64,000 bases of DNA from Eledone cirrhosa (lineage: Eukaryota). Location of the stretch: NCBI GenBank assembly GCA_964016885.1, contig OZ024746.1, forward strand, positions 63,984,001 to 64,048,000, written 5' to 3'. The notes under the pieces were generated by a model. That model worked only from the letters and a program-made list of their open reading frames with translations. It searched no databases and was not told where the DNA came from. The position numbers were made by a program, and so were the translations under genes. This document shows, in pieces, positions 25,401 to 37,723 of this stretch; within the stretch, counting starts at the first letter, position 1, and each line of letters opens with the position of its first letter.

Positions 25401-28400
25401 TTGTTAGTGGTGGTGGTGTTACTGTTGTAGTTGTTAGTGGTGGTGGTGTTACTGTTGTAGTTGTTAGTGGTGGTGGTGTTACTGTTGTAGTTGTTAGTGG
25501 TGGTGGTGTTACTGTTGTAGTTGTTAGTGGTGGTGGTGTCACTGTTTTTGTTGTTAGTGGTGGTGGTGTTACTGTTGTTGTTGTTAGTGGTGGTGGTGGT
25601 GTTACTGTTGTTGTTGTTAGTGGTGGTGGTGTTACTGTTGTAGTTGTTAGTGGTGGTGGTGTTACTGTTGTAGTTGTTAGTGGTGGTGGTGTCACTGTTT
25701 TTGTTGTTAGTGGTGGTGGTGTTACTGTTGTTGTTGTTAGTGGTGGTGGTGGTGTTACTGTTGTTGTTGTTAGTGGTGGTGGTGTTACTGTTGTAGTTGT
25801 TAGTGGTGGTGGTGTTACTGTTGTAGTTGTTAGTGGTGGTGGTGTCACTGTTTTTGTTGTTAGTGGTGGTGGTGTTACTGTTGTTGTTGTTAGTGGTGGT
25901 GGTGGTGTTACTGTTGTTGTTGTTAGTGGTGGTGGTGTTACTGTTGTTGTTGTTAGTGGTGGTGGTGGTGTTACTGTTGTTGTTGTTAGTGGTGGTGGTG
26001 TTACTGTTGCTGTTGTTAGTGGTGGTGGTGTTACTGTTGTTAGTGGTGGTGGTGTTACTGTTGTTGTTAGTGGTGGTGGTGTTACTGTTGTTGTTGTTAG
26101 TGGTGGTGGTGTTACTGTTGTTGTTGTTAGTGGTGGTGGTGTTACTGTTGCTGTTGTTAGTGGTGGTGGTGTTACTGTTGTTAGTGGTGGTGGTGTTACT
26201 GTTGTTGTTAGTGGTGGTGGTGTTACTGTGGTTGTTGTTAGTGGTGGTGGTGTTACTGTTGTTGTTGTTAGTGGTGGTGGTGTTACTGTTGCTGTTGTTA
26301 GTGGTGGTGGTGTTACTGTTGTTAGTGGTGGTGGTGTTACTGTTGTTGTTAGTGGTGGTGGTGTTACTGTTGTTGTTAGTGGTGGTGGTGTTACTGTTGT
26401 TGTTGTTAGTGGTGGTGGTGTTACTGTTGTTGTAGTTAGTGGTGGTGGTGTTACTGTTGTTGTTGTTAGTGGTGGTTGTGTTACTGTTGTTGTTGTTAGT
26501 GGTGGTGGTGTTACTGTTGCTGTTGTTAGTGGTGGTGGTGTCACTGTTGTTGTTGTTAGTGGTGGTGGTGTTACTGTTGTTGTAGTTAGTGGTGGTGGTG
26601 TTACTGTTGTTGTTAGTGGTGGTGGTGTTACTGTTGTTGTTGTTAATGGTGGTGGTGTTACTGTTGTTGTTAGTGGTGGTGGTGTTACTGTTGTTGTAGT
26701 TAGTGGTGGTGGTGTTACTGTTGTTGTTGTTAGTGGTGGTGGTGTTACTGTTGTTGTTGTTAGTGGTGGTGGTGTTACTGTTGTTGTTGTTAATGGTGGT
26801 GGTGTTACTGTTGTTGTTAGTGGTGGTGGTGTTACTGTTGTTGTAGTTAGTGGTGGTGGTGTTACTGTTGTTGTTAGTGGTGGTGGTGTTACTGTTGTTG
26901 TTGTTAGTGGTGGTTGTGTTACTGTTGTTGTTGTTAGTGGTGGTGGTGTTACTGTTGCTGTTGTTAGTGGTGGTGGTGTTACTGTTGTTGTTGTTAATGG
27001 TGGTGGTGTTACTGTTGTTGTTAGTGGTGGTGGTGTTACTGTTGTTGTAGTTAGTGGTGGTGGTGTTACTGTTGTAGTTAGTGGTGGTGGTGTTACTGTT
27101 GTTGTTGTTAGTGGTGGTTGTGTTACTGTTGTTGTTGTTAGTGGTGGTGGTGTTACTGTTGCTGTTGTTAGTGGTGGTGGTGTTACTGTTGTTGTTGTTA
27201 ATGGTGGTGGTGTTACTGTTGTTGTTAGTGGTGGTGGTGTTACTGTTGTTGTTGTTAGTGGTGGTGGTGTTACTGTTGTTGTTGTTAGTGGTGGTGGTGT
27301 TACTGTTGTTGTTGTTAATGGTGGTGGTGTTACTGTTGTTGTTAGTGGTGGTGGTGTTACTGTTGTTGTAGTTAGTGGTGGTGGTGTTACTGTTGTAGTT
27401 AGTGGTGGTGGTGTTACTGTTGTTGTTGTTAGTGGTGGTGGTGTTACTGTTGTAGTTAGTGGTGGTTGTGTTACTGTTGTTGTTGTTAGTGGTGGTGGTG
27501 TTACTGTTGTTGTAGTTAGTGGTGGTGGTGTTACTGTTGTAGTTAGTGGTGGTTGTGTTACTGTTGTTGTTGTTAGTGGTGGTGGTGTTACTGTTGCTGT
27601 TGTTAGTGGTGGTGGTGTCACTGTTGTTGTTGTTAGTGGTGGTGGTGTTACTGTTGTTGTAGTTAGTGGTGGTGGTGTTACTGTTGTTGTTAGTGGTGGT
27701 GGTGTTACTGTTGTTGTTGTTAGTGGTGGTGGTGTTACTGTTGTTGTTGTTAGTGGTGGTGGTGTTACTGTTGTTGTTGTTAATGGTGGTGGTGTTACTG
27801 TTGTTGTTAGTGGTGGTGGTGTTACTGTTGTTGTAGTTAGTGGTGGTGGTGTTACTGTTGTTGTTAGTGGTGGTGGTGTCACTGTTTTTGTTAGTGGTGG
27901 TGGTGTTACTGTTGTTGTTGTTAATGGTGGTGGTGTTACTGTTGTTGTTAGTGGTGGTGGTGTTACTGTTGTTGTAGTTAGTGGTGGTGGTGTTACTGTT
28001 GTTGTTAGTGGTGGTGGTGTCACTGTTTTTGTTAGTGGTGGTGGTGTTACTGTTGTTGTTGTTAGTGGTGGTGGTGTTACTGTTGCTGTTGTTAGTGGTG
28101 GTGGTGTCACTGTTGTTGTTGTTAGTGGTGGTGGTGTTACTGTTGTTGTAGTTAGTGGTGGTGGTGTTACTGTTGTTGTTGTTAGTGGTGGTGGTGTTAC
28201 TGTTGTTGTTGTTAGTGGTGGTGGTGTTACTGTTGTTGTTGTTAATGGTGGTGGTGTTACTGTTGTTGTTAGTGGTGGTGGTGTTACTGTTGTTGTAGTT
28301 AGTGGTGGTGGTGTTACTGTTGTTGTTAGTGGTGGTGGTGTCACTGTTTTTGTTAGTGGTGGTGGTGTTACTGTTGTTGTTGTTAGTGGTGGTGGTGTTA

Positions 28401-31400
28401 CTGTTGTTGTTGTTAGTGGTGGTGGTGTTACTGTTGTTGTTGTTAGTGGTGGTGGTTTTACTGTTGTTTTTGTTAGTGGTGGTGGTGTTACTGTTGTTGT
28501 TGTTAGTGGTGGTGGTGTTACTGTTGTTGTTGTTAGTGGTGTTGGTGTTACTGTTGTTGTTGTTAGTGGTGGTGGTGTTACTGTTGTTGTTGTTAGTGGT
28601 GGTGGTGTTACTGTTGTTGTTAGTGGTGGTGGTGTTACTGTTGTTGTTGTTAGTGGTGGTGGTGTTACTGTTGTTGTTGTTAGTGGTGGTGGTGTTACTG
28701 TTGTTGTAGTTAGAGGTGGAGGTGTTACTGTTGTTGTTAGTGGTGCTGGTGTTACTGTTGTTGTTGTTAGTGGTGTTGGTGTTACTGTTGTTGTTGTTAG
28801 TGGTGTTGGTGTTACTGTTGTTGTTGTTAGTGGTGTTGGTGTTACTGTTGTTGTTGTTAGTGGTGGTGGTGTTACTGTTGTTGTTGTTAGTGGTGGTTGT
28901 GTTACTGTGGTTGTTGTTAGTGGTGGTGGTGTTACTGTTGTTGTTGTTAGTGGTGGTGGTGTTACTGTTGTTGTAGTTAGTGGTGGTGAGTTACTGTTGT
29001 TGTTGTTAGTGGTGGTTGTGTTACTGTTGTTGTTGTTAGTGGTGGTGGTGTTACTGTTGTTGTTGTTAGTGGTGGTGGTGTTACTGTTGTTGTAGTTAGT
29101 GGTGGTGGTGTTACTGTTGTTGTAGTTAGTGGTGGTGGTGTTACTGTTGTTGTAGTTAGTGGTGGTGGTGTTACTGTTGTTGTTAGTGGTGGTGTTACTG
29201 TTGTTGTAGTTAGTGGTGGTGGTGTTACTGTTGTTGTTGTTAGTGGTGGTGGTGTTACTGTTGTTGTTGTTAGTGGTGGTGGTGTTACTGTTGTTGTTGT
29301 TAGTGGTGGTGGTGTTACTGTTGTTGTAGTTAGTGGTGGTGGTGTTACTGTTGTTGTTGTTAGTGGTGGTGGTGTTACTGTTGTTGTAGTTAGTGGTGGT
29401 GGTGTTACTGTTGTTGTTGTTAGTGGTGGTGGTGTTACTGTTGTTGTTGTTAGTGGTGGTTGTGTTACTGTTGTTGTTGTTAGTGGTGGTGGTGTTACTG
29501 TTGTTGTTGTTAGTGGTGGTGGTGTTACTGTTGTTGTAGTTAGTGGTGGTGGTGTTACTGTTGTTGTTGTTAGTGGTGGTTGTGTTACTGTTGTTGTTGT
29601 TAGTGGTGGTGGTGTTACTGTTGTTGTTGTTAGTGGTGGTGGTGTTACTGTTGTTGTTGTTAGTGGTGGTGGTGTTACTGTTGTTGTAGTTAGTGGTGGT
29701 GGTGTTACTGTTGTTGTAGTTAGTGGTGGTGGTGTTACTGTTGTTGTAGTTAGTGGTGGTGGTGTTACTGTTGTTGTTAGTGGTGGTGTTACTGTTGTTG
29801 TAGTTAGTGGTGGTGGTGTTACTGTTGTTGTTGTTAGTGGTGGTGGTGTTACTGTTGTTGTTGTTAGTGGTGGTGGTGTTACTGTTGTTGTTGTTAGTGG
29901 TGGTGGTGTTACTGTTGTTGTAGTTAGTGGTGGTGGTGTTACTGTTGTTGTTGTTAGTGGTGGTGGTGTTACTGTAGTTGTAGTTAGTGGTGGTGGTGTT
30001 ACTGTTGTTGTTGTTAGTGGTGGTGGTGTTACTGTTGTTGTTGTTAGTGGTGGTGGTGTTACTGTTGTTGTAGTTAGTGGTGGTGGTGTTAATGTTGTTG
30101 TTGTTAGTGGTGGTGGTGTTACTGTTGTTGTAGTTAGTGGTGGTGGTGTTACTGTTGTTGTTGTTAGTGGTGGTGGTGTTACTGTTGTTGTAGTTAGTGG
30201 TGGTGGTGTTACTGTTGTTGTTGTTAGTGGTGGTGGTGTTAGTGTTGTTGTAGTTAGTGGTGGTGGTGTTACTGTTGTTGTTGTTAGTGGTGGTGGTGTT
30301 ACTGTTGTTGTAGTTAGTGGTGGTGGTGTCACTGTTGTTGTTGTTAGTGGTGCTGGTGTTACTGTTGTTGTTGTTAGTGGTGGTTGTGTTACTGTTGTTG
30401 TTGTTAGTGGTGGTGGTGTTACTGTTGTTGTGAGTGGTGGTGTTACTGTTGTTGTAGTTAGTGGTGGTGGTGTTACTGTTGTTGTGAGTGGTGGTGTTAC
30501 TGTTGTTGTAGTTAGTGGTGGTGGTGTTACTGTTGTTGTTGTTAGTGGTGGTGGTGTTACTGTTGTTGTTGTTAGTGGTGGTGGTGTTACTGTTGTTGTT
30601 GTTAGTGGTGGTGGCGTTACTGTTGTTGTTAGTGGTCGTGTTACTGTTGTTGTAGTTAGTGGTGGTGGTGTTACAGTTGTTGTTGTTAGTGGTGGTGGTG
30701 TTACTGTTGTTGTAGTTAGTGGTGGTGGTGTTACTGTTGTTGTAGTTAGTGGTGGTGGTGTTACTGTTGTTGTTGTTAGTGGTGGTGGTGTTACTGTTGT
30801 TGTTGTTAGTGGTGGTGGTGTTACTGTTGTTGTAGTTAGTGGTGGTGGTGTTACTGTTGTTGTTGCTAGTGGTGGTGGTGTTACTGTTGTTGTTGCTAGT
30901 GGTGGTGGTGTTACTGTTGTTGTTGTTAGTGGTGGTGGTGTTACTGTTGTTGTTGTTAGTGGTGGTGGTGTTACTGTTGTTGTAGTTAGTGGTGGTGGTG
31001 TTACTGTTGTTGTTGTTAGTGGTGGTGGTGTTACTGTTGTTGTTGTTAGTGGTGGTGGTGTTACTGTTGTTGTTGTTAGTGGTGGTGGTGTCACTGTTGT
31101 TGTTGTTAGTGGTGGTGGTGTTACTGTTGTTGTAGTTAGTGGTGGTGGTGTTACTGTTGTTGTTGTTAGTGGTGGTGGTGTTACTGTTGTTGTAGTTAGT
31201 GGTGGTGGTGTTACTGTTGTTGTTGTTAGTGGTGGTGGTGTTACTGTTGTTGTAGTTAGTGGTGGTGGTGTTACTGTTGTTGTTGCTAGTGGTGGTGGTG
31301 TTACTGTTGTAGTTAGTGGTGGTGGTGTTACTGTTGTTGTAGTTAGTGGTGGTGGTGTTACTGTTGTTGTTGTTAGTGGTGGTGGTGTTACTGTTGTTGT

Positions 31401-34400
31401 TAGTGGTGGTGGTGTTACTGTTGTTGTTGTTAGTGGTGGTGGTGTTACTGTTGTTGTTGTTAGTGGTGGTGGTGTAACTGTTGTTGTTGTTAGTGGTGGT
31501 GGCGTTACTGTTGTAGTTGTTAGTGGTGGTGGTGTTACTGTTGTTGTTGTTAGTGGTGGTGGTGTTACTGTTGTTGTTGCTAGTGGTGGTGGTGTTACTG
31601 TTGTTGTTGCTAGTGGTGGTGGTGTTACTGTTGTTGTTGTTAGTGGTGGTGGTGTTACTGTTGTTGTTGTTAGTGGTGGTGGTGTTACTGTTGTTGTAGT
31701 TAGTGGTGGTGGTGTTACTGTTGTTGTTGTTAGTGGTGGTGGTGTTACTGTTGTTTTTGTTAGTGGTGGTGGTGTTACTGTTGTTGTAGTTAGTGGTGGT
31801 GGTGTTACTGTTGTTTTTGTTAGTGGTGGTGGTTTTACTGTTGTTTTTGTTAGTGGTGGTGGTGTTACTGTTGTTTTTGTTAGTGGTGGTGGTGTTACTG
31901 TTGTTGTTGTTAGTGGTGGTGGTGTTACTGTTGTTGTTAGTGGTGGTGGTGTTACTGTTGTTGTTGTTAGTGGTGGTGGTGTTACTGTTGTTGTTAGTGG
32001 TGGTGGTGTTACTGTTGTTGTTGTTAGTGGTGGTGGTGGTGTTAACGTTGTTGTAGTTAGTGGTGGTGGTGTCACAGTTGTTGTTGTTAGTGGTGGTCGT
32101 GTTACTGTTGTTGTAGTTAGTGGTGGTGGTGTTACTGTTGTTGTTGTTAGTGGTGGTGGTGTTACTGTTGTTGTTAGTGGTGGTGGTGTTACTGTTGTTG
32201 TTAGTGGTGGTGGTGTTACTGTTGTTGTAGTTAGTGGTGGTGGTGTTACTGTTGTTGTTAGTGGTGGTGGTGGTGTTAACGTTGTTGTAGTTAGTGGTGG
32301 TGGTGTTACTGTTGTTGTAGTTAGTGGTGGTGGTGTTACTGTTGTTGTTGTTAGTGGTGGTAGTGTCACAGTTGTTGTTGTTAGTGGTGGTGGTGTTACT
32401 GTTGTTGTAGTTAGTGGTGGTGGTGTTACAGTTGTTGTTGTTAGTGGTGGTGGTGTTACTGTTGTTGTTGTTAGTGGTGGTGGTGTTACTGTTGTTGTAG
32501 TTAGTGGTGGTGGTGTTACTGTTGTTGTAGTTAGTGGTGGTGGTGTTACTGTTGTTGTAGTTAGTGGTGGTGGTGTTACAGTTGTTGTTGTTAGTGGTGG
32601 TGGTGTTACTGTTGTTGTAGTTAGTGGTGGTGGTGTTACTGTTGTTGTTGTTAGTGGTGGTAGTGTCACAGTTGTTGTTGTTAGTGGTGGTGGTGTTACT
32701 GTTGTTGTAGTTAGTGGTGGTGGTGTTACTGTTGTTGTTGTTAGTGGTGGTGGTGTTACTGTTGTTGTTGTTAGTGGTGGTGGTGTTACTGTTGTTGTTG
32801 TTAGTGGTGGTGGTGTTACTGTTGTAGTTAGTGGTGGTGGTGTTACTGTTGTTGTAGTTAGTGGTGGTGGTGTTACTGTTGTTGTAGTTAGTGGTGGTGG
32901 TGTTACTGTTGTTGTTGTTAGTGGTGGTCGTGTTACTGTTGTTGTAGTTAGTGGTGGTGGTGTTACTGTTGTTGTTGTTAGTGGTGGTGGTGTTACTGTT
33001 GTTGTTGTTAGTGGTGGTGGTGTTACTGTTGTTGTAGTTAGAGGTGGAGGTGTTACTGTTGTTGTAGTTAGTGGTGGTGGTGTTACTGTTGTTGTAGTTA
33101 GTGGTGGTGGTGTTACTGTTGTTGTAGTTAGTGGTGGTGGTGTTACTGTTGTTGTAGTTAGTGGTGGTGGTGTTAACGTTGTTGTAGTTAGTGGTGGTGG
33201 TGTTACTGTTGTTGTAGTTAGTGGTGGTGGTGTTACTGTTGTTGTTGTTAGTGGTGGTGGTGTTACTGTTGTTGTAGTTAGTGGTGGTGGTGTTAACGTT
33301 GTTGTAGTTAGTGGTGGTGGTGTTACTGTTGTTGTAGTTAGTGGTGGTGGTGTTACTGTTGTTGTTGTTAGTGGTGGTGGTGTTACTGTTGTTGTTGTTA
33401 GTGGTGGTGGTGTTACTGTTGTTGTAGTTAGTGGTGGTGGTGTTAACGTTGTTGTAGTTAGTGGTGGTGTTACTGTTGTTGTTGTTAGTGGTGGTGGTGT
33501 TACTGTTGTTGTTGTTAGTGGTGGTGGTGTTAACGTTGTTGTAGTTAGTGGTGGTGTTACTGTTGTTGTAGTTAGTGGTGGTGGTGTTACTGTTGTTGTT
33601 GTTAGTGGTGGTGGTGTTACTGTTGTTGTAGTTAGTGGTGGTGGTGTTACTGTTGTTGTAGTTAGTGGTGGTGGTGTTAACGTTGTTGTAGTTAGTGGTG
33701 GTGGTGTTACTGTTGTTGTAGTTAGTGGTGGTGGTGTTACTGTTGTTGTTGTTAGTGGTGGTGGTGTTACTGTTGTTGTTGTTAGTGGTGGTGGTGTTAC
33801 TGTTGTTGTAGTTAGTGGTGGTGGTGTTAACGTTGTTGTAGTTAGTGGTGGTGTTACTGTTGTTGTTGTTAGTGGTGGTGGTGTTACTGTTGTTGTTGTT
33901 AGTGGTGGTGGTGTTACTGTTGTTGTTAGTGGTGGTGGTGTTACTGTTGTTGTTGTTAGTGGTGGTGGTGTTACTGTTGTTGTAGTTAGTGGTGGTGGTG
34001 TTACTGTTGTTGTAGTTAGTGGTGGTGGTGTTAACGTTGTTGTAGTTAGTGGTGGTGGTGTTACTGTTGTTGTAGTTAGTGGTGGTGGTGTTACTGTTGT
34101 TGTTGTTAGTGGTGGTGGTGTTACTGTTGTTGTTGTTAGTGGTGGTGGTGTTACTGTTGTTGTAGTTAGTGGTGGTGGTGTTACTGTTGTTGTTGTTAGT
34201 GGTGGTGGTTTTACTGTTGTTGTAGTTAGTGGTGGTGGTGTTACTGTTGTTGTTGTTAGTGGTGGTGGTGTTACTGTTGTTGTAGTTAGTGGTGGTGGTG
34301 TTACTGTTGTTGTTGTTAGTGGTGGTGGTGTTACTGTTGTTGTAGTTAGTGGTGGTGGTGTTACTGTTGTTGTAGTTAGTGGTGGTGGTGTTACTGTTGT

Positions 34401-36814
34401 TGTTGTTAGTGGTGGTGGTGTTAACGTTGTTGTAGTTAGTGGTGGTGGTGTTACTGTTGTTGTTGTTAGTGGTGGTGGTGTTACTGTTGTTGTTAGTGGT
34501 AGTGGTGTTACTGTTGTTGTTGTTAGTGGTGGTGGTGTTACTGTTGTTATTATTAGTGGTGGCGGTGTTACTGTTGTTGTTGTTAGTGGTGGTGGTGGTG
34601 TTAACGTTGTTGTAGTTAGTGGTGGTGGTGTTACTGTTGTTGTTGTTAGTGGTGGTGGTGGTGTTAACGTTGTTGTAGTTAGTGGTGGTGGTGTTACTGT
34701 TGTTGTTGTTAGTGGTGGTGGTGTTACTGTTGTTGTTAGTGGTGGTGGTGTTACTGTTGTTGTTGTTAGTGGTGGTGGTGTTACTGTTGTTGTTGTTAGT
34801 GGTGGTGGTGTTACTGTTGTTGTTGTTAGTGGTGGTGGTGTTACTGTTGTTGTTGTTAGTGGTGGTGGTGTTACTGTTGTTGTTGTTAGTGGTGGTCGTG
34901 TTACTGTTGTTGTTGTTAGTGGTGGTGGTGGTGTTAACGTTGTTGTAGTTAGTGGTGGTGGTGTTACTGTTGTTGTTGCTAGTGGTGGTGGTGTTACTGT
35001 TGTTGTTGTTAGTGGTGGTGGTGTTACTGTTATTGTTGTTAGTGGTGGTGGTGTTACTGTTGTTGTTGTTAGTGGTGGTGGTGGTGTTAACGTTGTTGTA
35101 GTTAGTGGTGGTGGTGTTACTGTTGTTGTTGCTAGTGGTGGTGGTGTTACTGTTGTTGTTGTTAGTGGTGGTCGTGTTACTGTTGTTGTAGTTAGTGGTG
35201 GTGGTGTTACTGTTGTTGTTGTTAGTGGTGGTGGTGGTGTTAACGTTGTTGTAGTTAGTGGTGGTGGTGTTACTGTTGTTGTTGTTAGTGGTGGTGGTGT
35301 TACTGTTATTGTTGTTAGTGGTGGTGGTGTTACTGTTGTTGTTGTTAGTGGTGGTGGTGGTGTTAACGTTGTTGTAGTTAGTGGTGGTGGTGTTACTGTT
35401 GTTGTTGTTAGTGGTGGTGGTGTTACTGTTGTTGTTAGTGGTGGTGGTGTTACTGTTGTTGTTAGTGGTGGTGGTGTTACTGTTGTTGTTGTTAGTGGTG
35501 GTGGTGTTACTGTTGTTGTTGTTAGTGGTGGTGGTGTTACTGTTGTTGTTATTAGTGGTGGCGGTGTTACTGTTGTTGTTAGTGGTGGTGGTGTTACTGT
35601 TGTTGTTGTTAGTGGTGGTGGTGTTACTGTTGTTGTTGTTAGTGGTGGTGGTGTTACTGTTGTAGTTAGTGGTGGTGGTGTTACTGTTGTTGTAGTTAGT
35701 GGTGGTGGTGTTACTGTTGTTGTTGTTAGTGGTGGTGGTGTTACTGTTTTTGTTAGTGGTGGTGGTGTTACTGTTGTTGTTAGTGGTGGTGGTGTTACTG
35801 TTGTTGTTAGTGGTGGTGGTGTTACTGTTGTTGTTAGTGGTGGTGGTGTTACTGTTGTTGTTGTTAGTGGTGGTGGTGTTACTGTTTTTGTTAGTGGTGG
35901 TGGTGTTACTGTTGTTGCTGTCAGTAGTGGTGGTGTTACTGTTGTTGTAGTTAGTGGTGGTGGTGTTACTGTTGTTGTAGTTAGTGGTGGTGGTGTTACT
36001 GTTGTTGTTGTTAGTGGTGGTGGTGTTACTGTTGTTGCTGTCAGTGGTGGTGGTGTTACTGTTGTTGTAGTTAGTGGTGGTGGTGTTACTGTTGTTGTAG
36101 TTAGTGGTGGTGGTGTTACTGTTGTTGTTGTTAGTGGTGGTGGTGTTACTGTTTTTGTTAGTGGTGGTGGTGTTACTGTTGTTGTTAGTGGTGGTGGTGT
36201 TACTGTTGTTGCTGTCAGTGGTGGTGGTGTTACTGTTGTTGTAGTTAGTGGTGGTGGTGTTACTGTTGTTGTAGTTAGTGGTGGTGGTGTTACTGTTGTT
36301 GTTGTTAGTGGTGGTGGTGTTACTGTTGTTGTAGTTAGTGGTGGTGGTGTTACTGTTGTTGTAGTTAGTGGTGGTGGTGTTACTGTTGTTGTTGTTAGTG
36401 GTGGTGGTGTTACTGTTGTAGTTATTGGTGGTGGTGTTACTGTTGTTGTTGTTAGTGGTGGTGGTGTTACTTTTGTTGTTGTTAGTGGTTGTGGTGTTAC
36501 TGTTGTAGTTGTTAGTGGTGTTGGTGTTACTGTTGTTGTAGTTAGTGGTAGTGGTGTTACTGTTGTTGTTGTTAGTGGTGTTGGTGTTACCGTTGTTGTT
36601 AGTGGTGGTGGTGGTGTTACTGTTGTTATTGTTAGTGGTGTTAGTATTACTGTTGTTGTTGTTAGTGCTGGTGTTACTGTTGTTGTTAGTGCTGGTGTTA
36701 CTGTTGTTGTTAGTGCTGGTGTTACTGTTGTTGTTAGTGCTGGTGTTACTGTTGTTGTTAGTGCTGGTGTTATTGTTGTTGTAGTTACTGCTATTGTTGA
36801 TGTTAGGTTAGTGC
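19489..36814 (-). CDS. Candidate giant mucin-like Pro/Thr-repeat exon, (TTTTVTPPPL)n, ~5,770 codons with one frameshift
   Basis: Open frame from a possible acceptor TTTACAG|GC (36815/36814), through TNLTSTIAVTTTITPAL and the repeats, to TPPPTSTW-TAG (19489). One 1-bp break at ~28989. Many variants are synonymous in this frame. No ATG, signal peptide or partner exon found. Confidence 0.4.
19500..36800. repeat. 17.3-kb tandem array, consensus 30-mer GTTACTGTTGTTGTTGTTAGTGGTGGTGGT with 24/27/33-bp variants
   Basis: Read directly; roughly 580-600 units estimated from length. Length variants are multiples of 3 except one site at ~28989. Confidence 0.98.
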
Positions 36815-37145
36815 CTGTAAAGTGGTGATGCAGGTGTCACAATAAAATGCTCCCAATACATGCTACAAAAATTGGTTGGCACAAGGATGGGCATCCACCT
36901 GTAGGAACCAGGCCAACAATGGAGTATGTCACTCATTGACATTAGACTGGTCAGGTGACTACATTTTGATCATCATCATCATCATCGTTTAACGTGGAAG
37001 ATAGTCATTAAACTATGATGATGATGATGACGATGATGATGACGATAATCAAAATGTAGTCACCTGACCAGTCTAATCTCAGTGAGTGACAACCCATCTA
37101 ACCCACCATGCTAGTATGGTAAATAGATGTTAAATGGTGATGATA
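36815..37145 (+). mobile_element. Degenerate SINE-A/RTE-type tail containing an internal inverted repeat
   Basis: CTGTAAAGTGG...GGGCATCCACCTGTAG...CCATGCTAGTATGG...(TGA)n. IR arms at 36928-36970 and 37048-37090. Confidence 0.6.
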
Positions 37146-37390
37146 GTAAAATATAAAAATCTATATATATATAAAATTATAAGTGTGAAGAACATATAGA
37201 GAAAAAATAGCTAATTTTTCTATAGTTCTCTTTAATGGATTATTGCATTCATTCATTGAGCAAAACTGGTGAAGGATGTACACCACACACATATATATGT
37301 TTATACTTATGTATCTATATGTATATGTATTTTCTATATATGTATATGTTAATATATATATTTGTATGCATGTGAGGAAGTCTGTGTGTG

Positions 37391-37427
<37 letters not shown>

Positions 37428-37436
<9 letters not shown>

Positions 37437-37600
37437 AGTGTGCAAGAGAGGAGACTGAGGTGGTATGGAAATGTGATGCGCATGGAGGATGACCGATGGG
37501 TGAAGAAGTGCCAGGAAATGCCAGTTGAAGGAAGACGTGGTAGAGGTAGACTACGAAAAACATAGGCGGAGGTGGTGAGAAGAGACCTCAAATTGCCGAA
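37428..37600 (+). mobile_element. RTE family 1 3' ORF fragment
   Basis: IECSVQERRLRWYGNVMRMEDDRWVKKCQEMPVEGRRGRGRLRKT. Confidence 0.85.
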
Positions 37601-37723
37601 GCCCAATTTGCAAAGCCCTTTAAACTGTATGTTATTACTCTGAGGCTTATACCTTGTCGAGTGCTTGGCTGCACTTCTGAATGCATTCGTCGGCTTAGCT
37701 TTGAAAATGCTGTACTTCCATTT

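Noticed and set aside
20583-36784. Short poly-Leu/Val ORFs
   Set aside because: Alternative-frame by-products of the array.
19500-36800. Telomeric repeat array
   Set aside because: G/T strand bias is present but the unit is a 30-mer with no TTAGGG runs.
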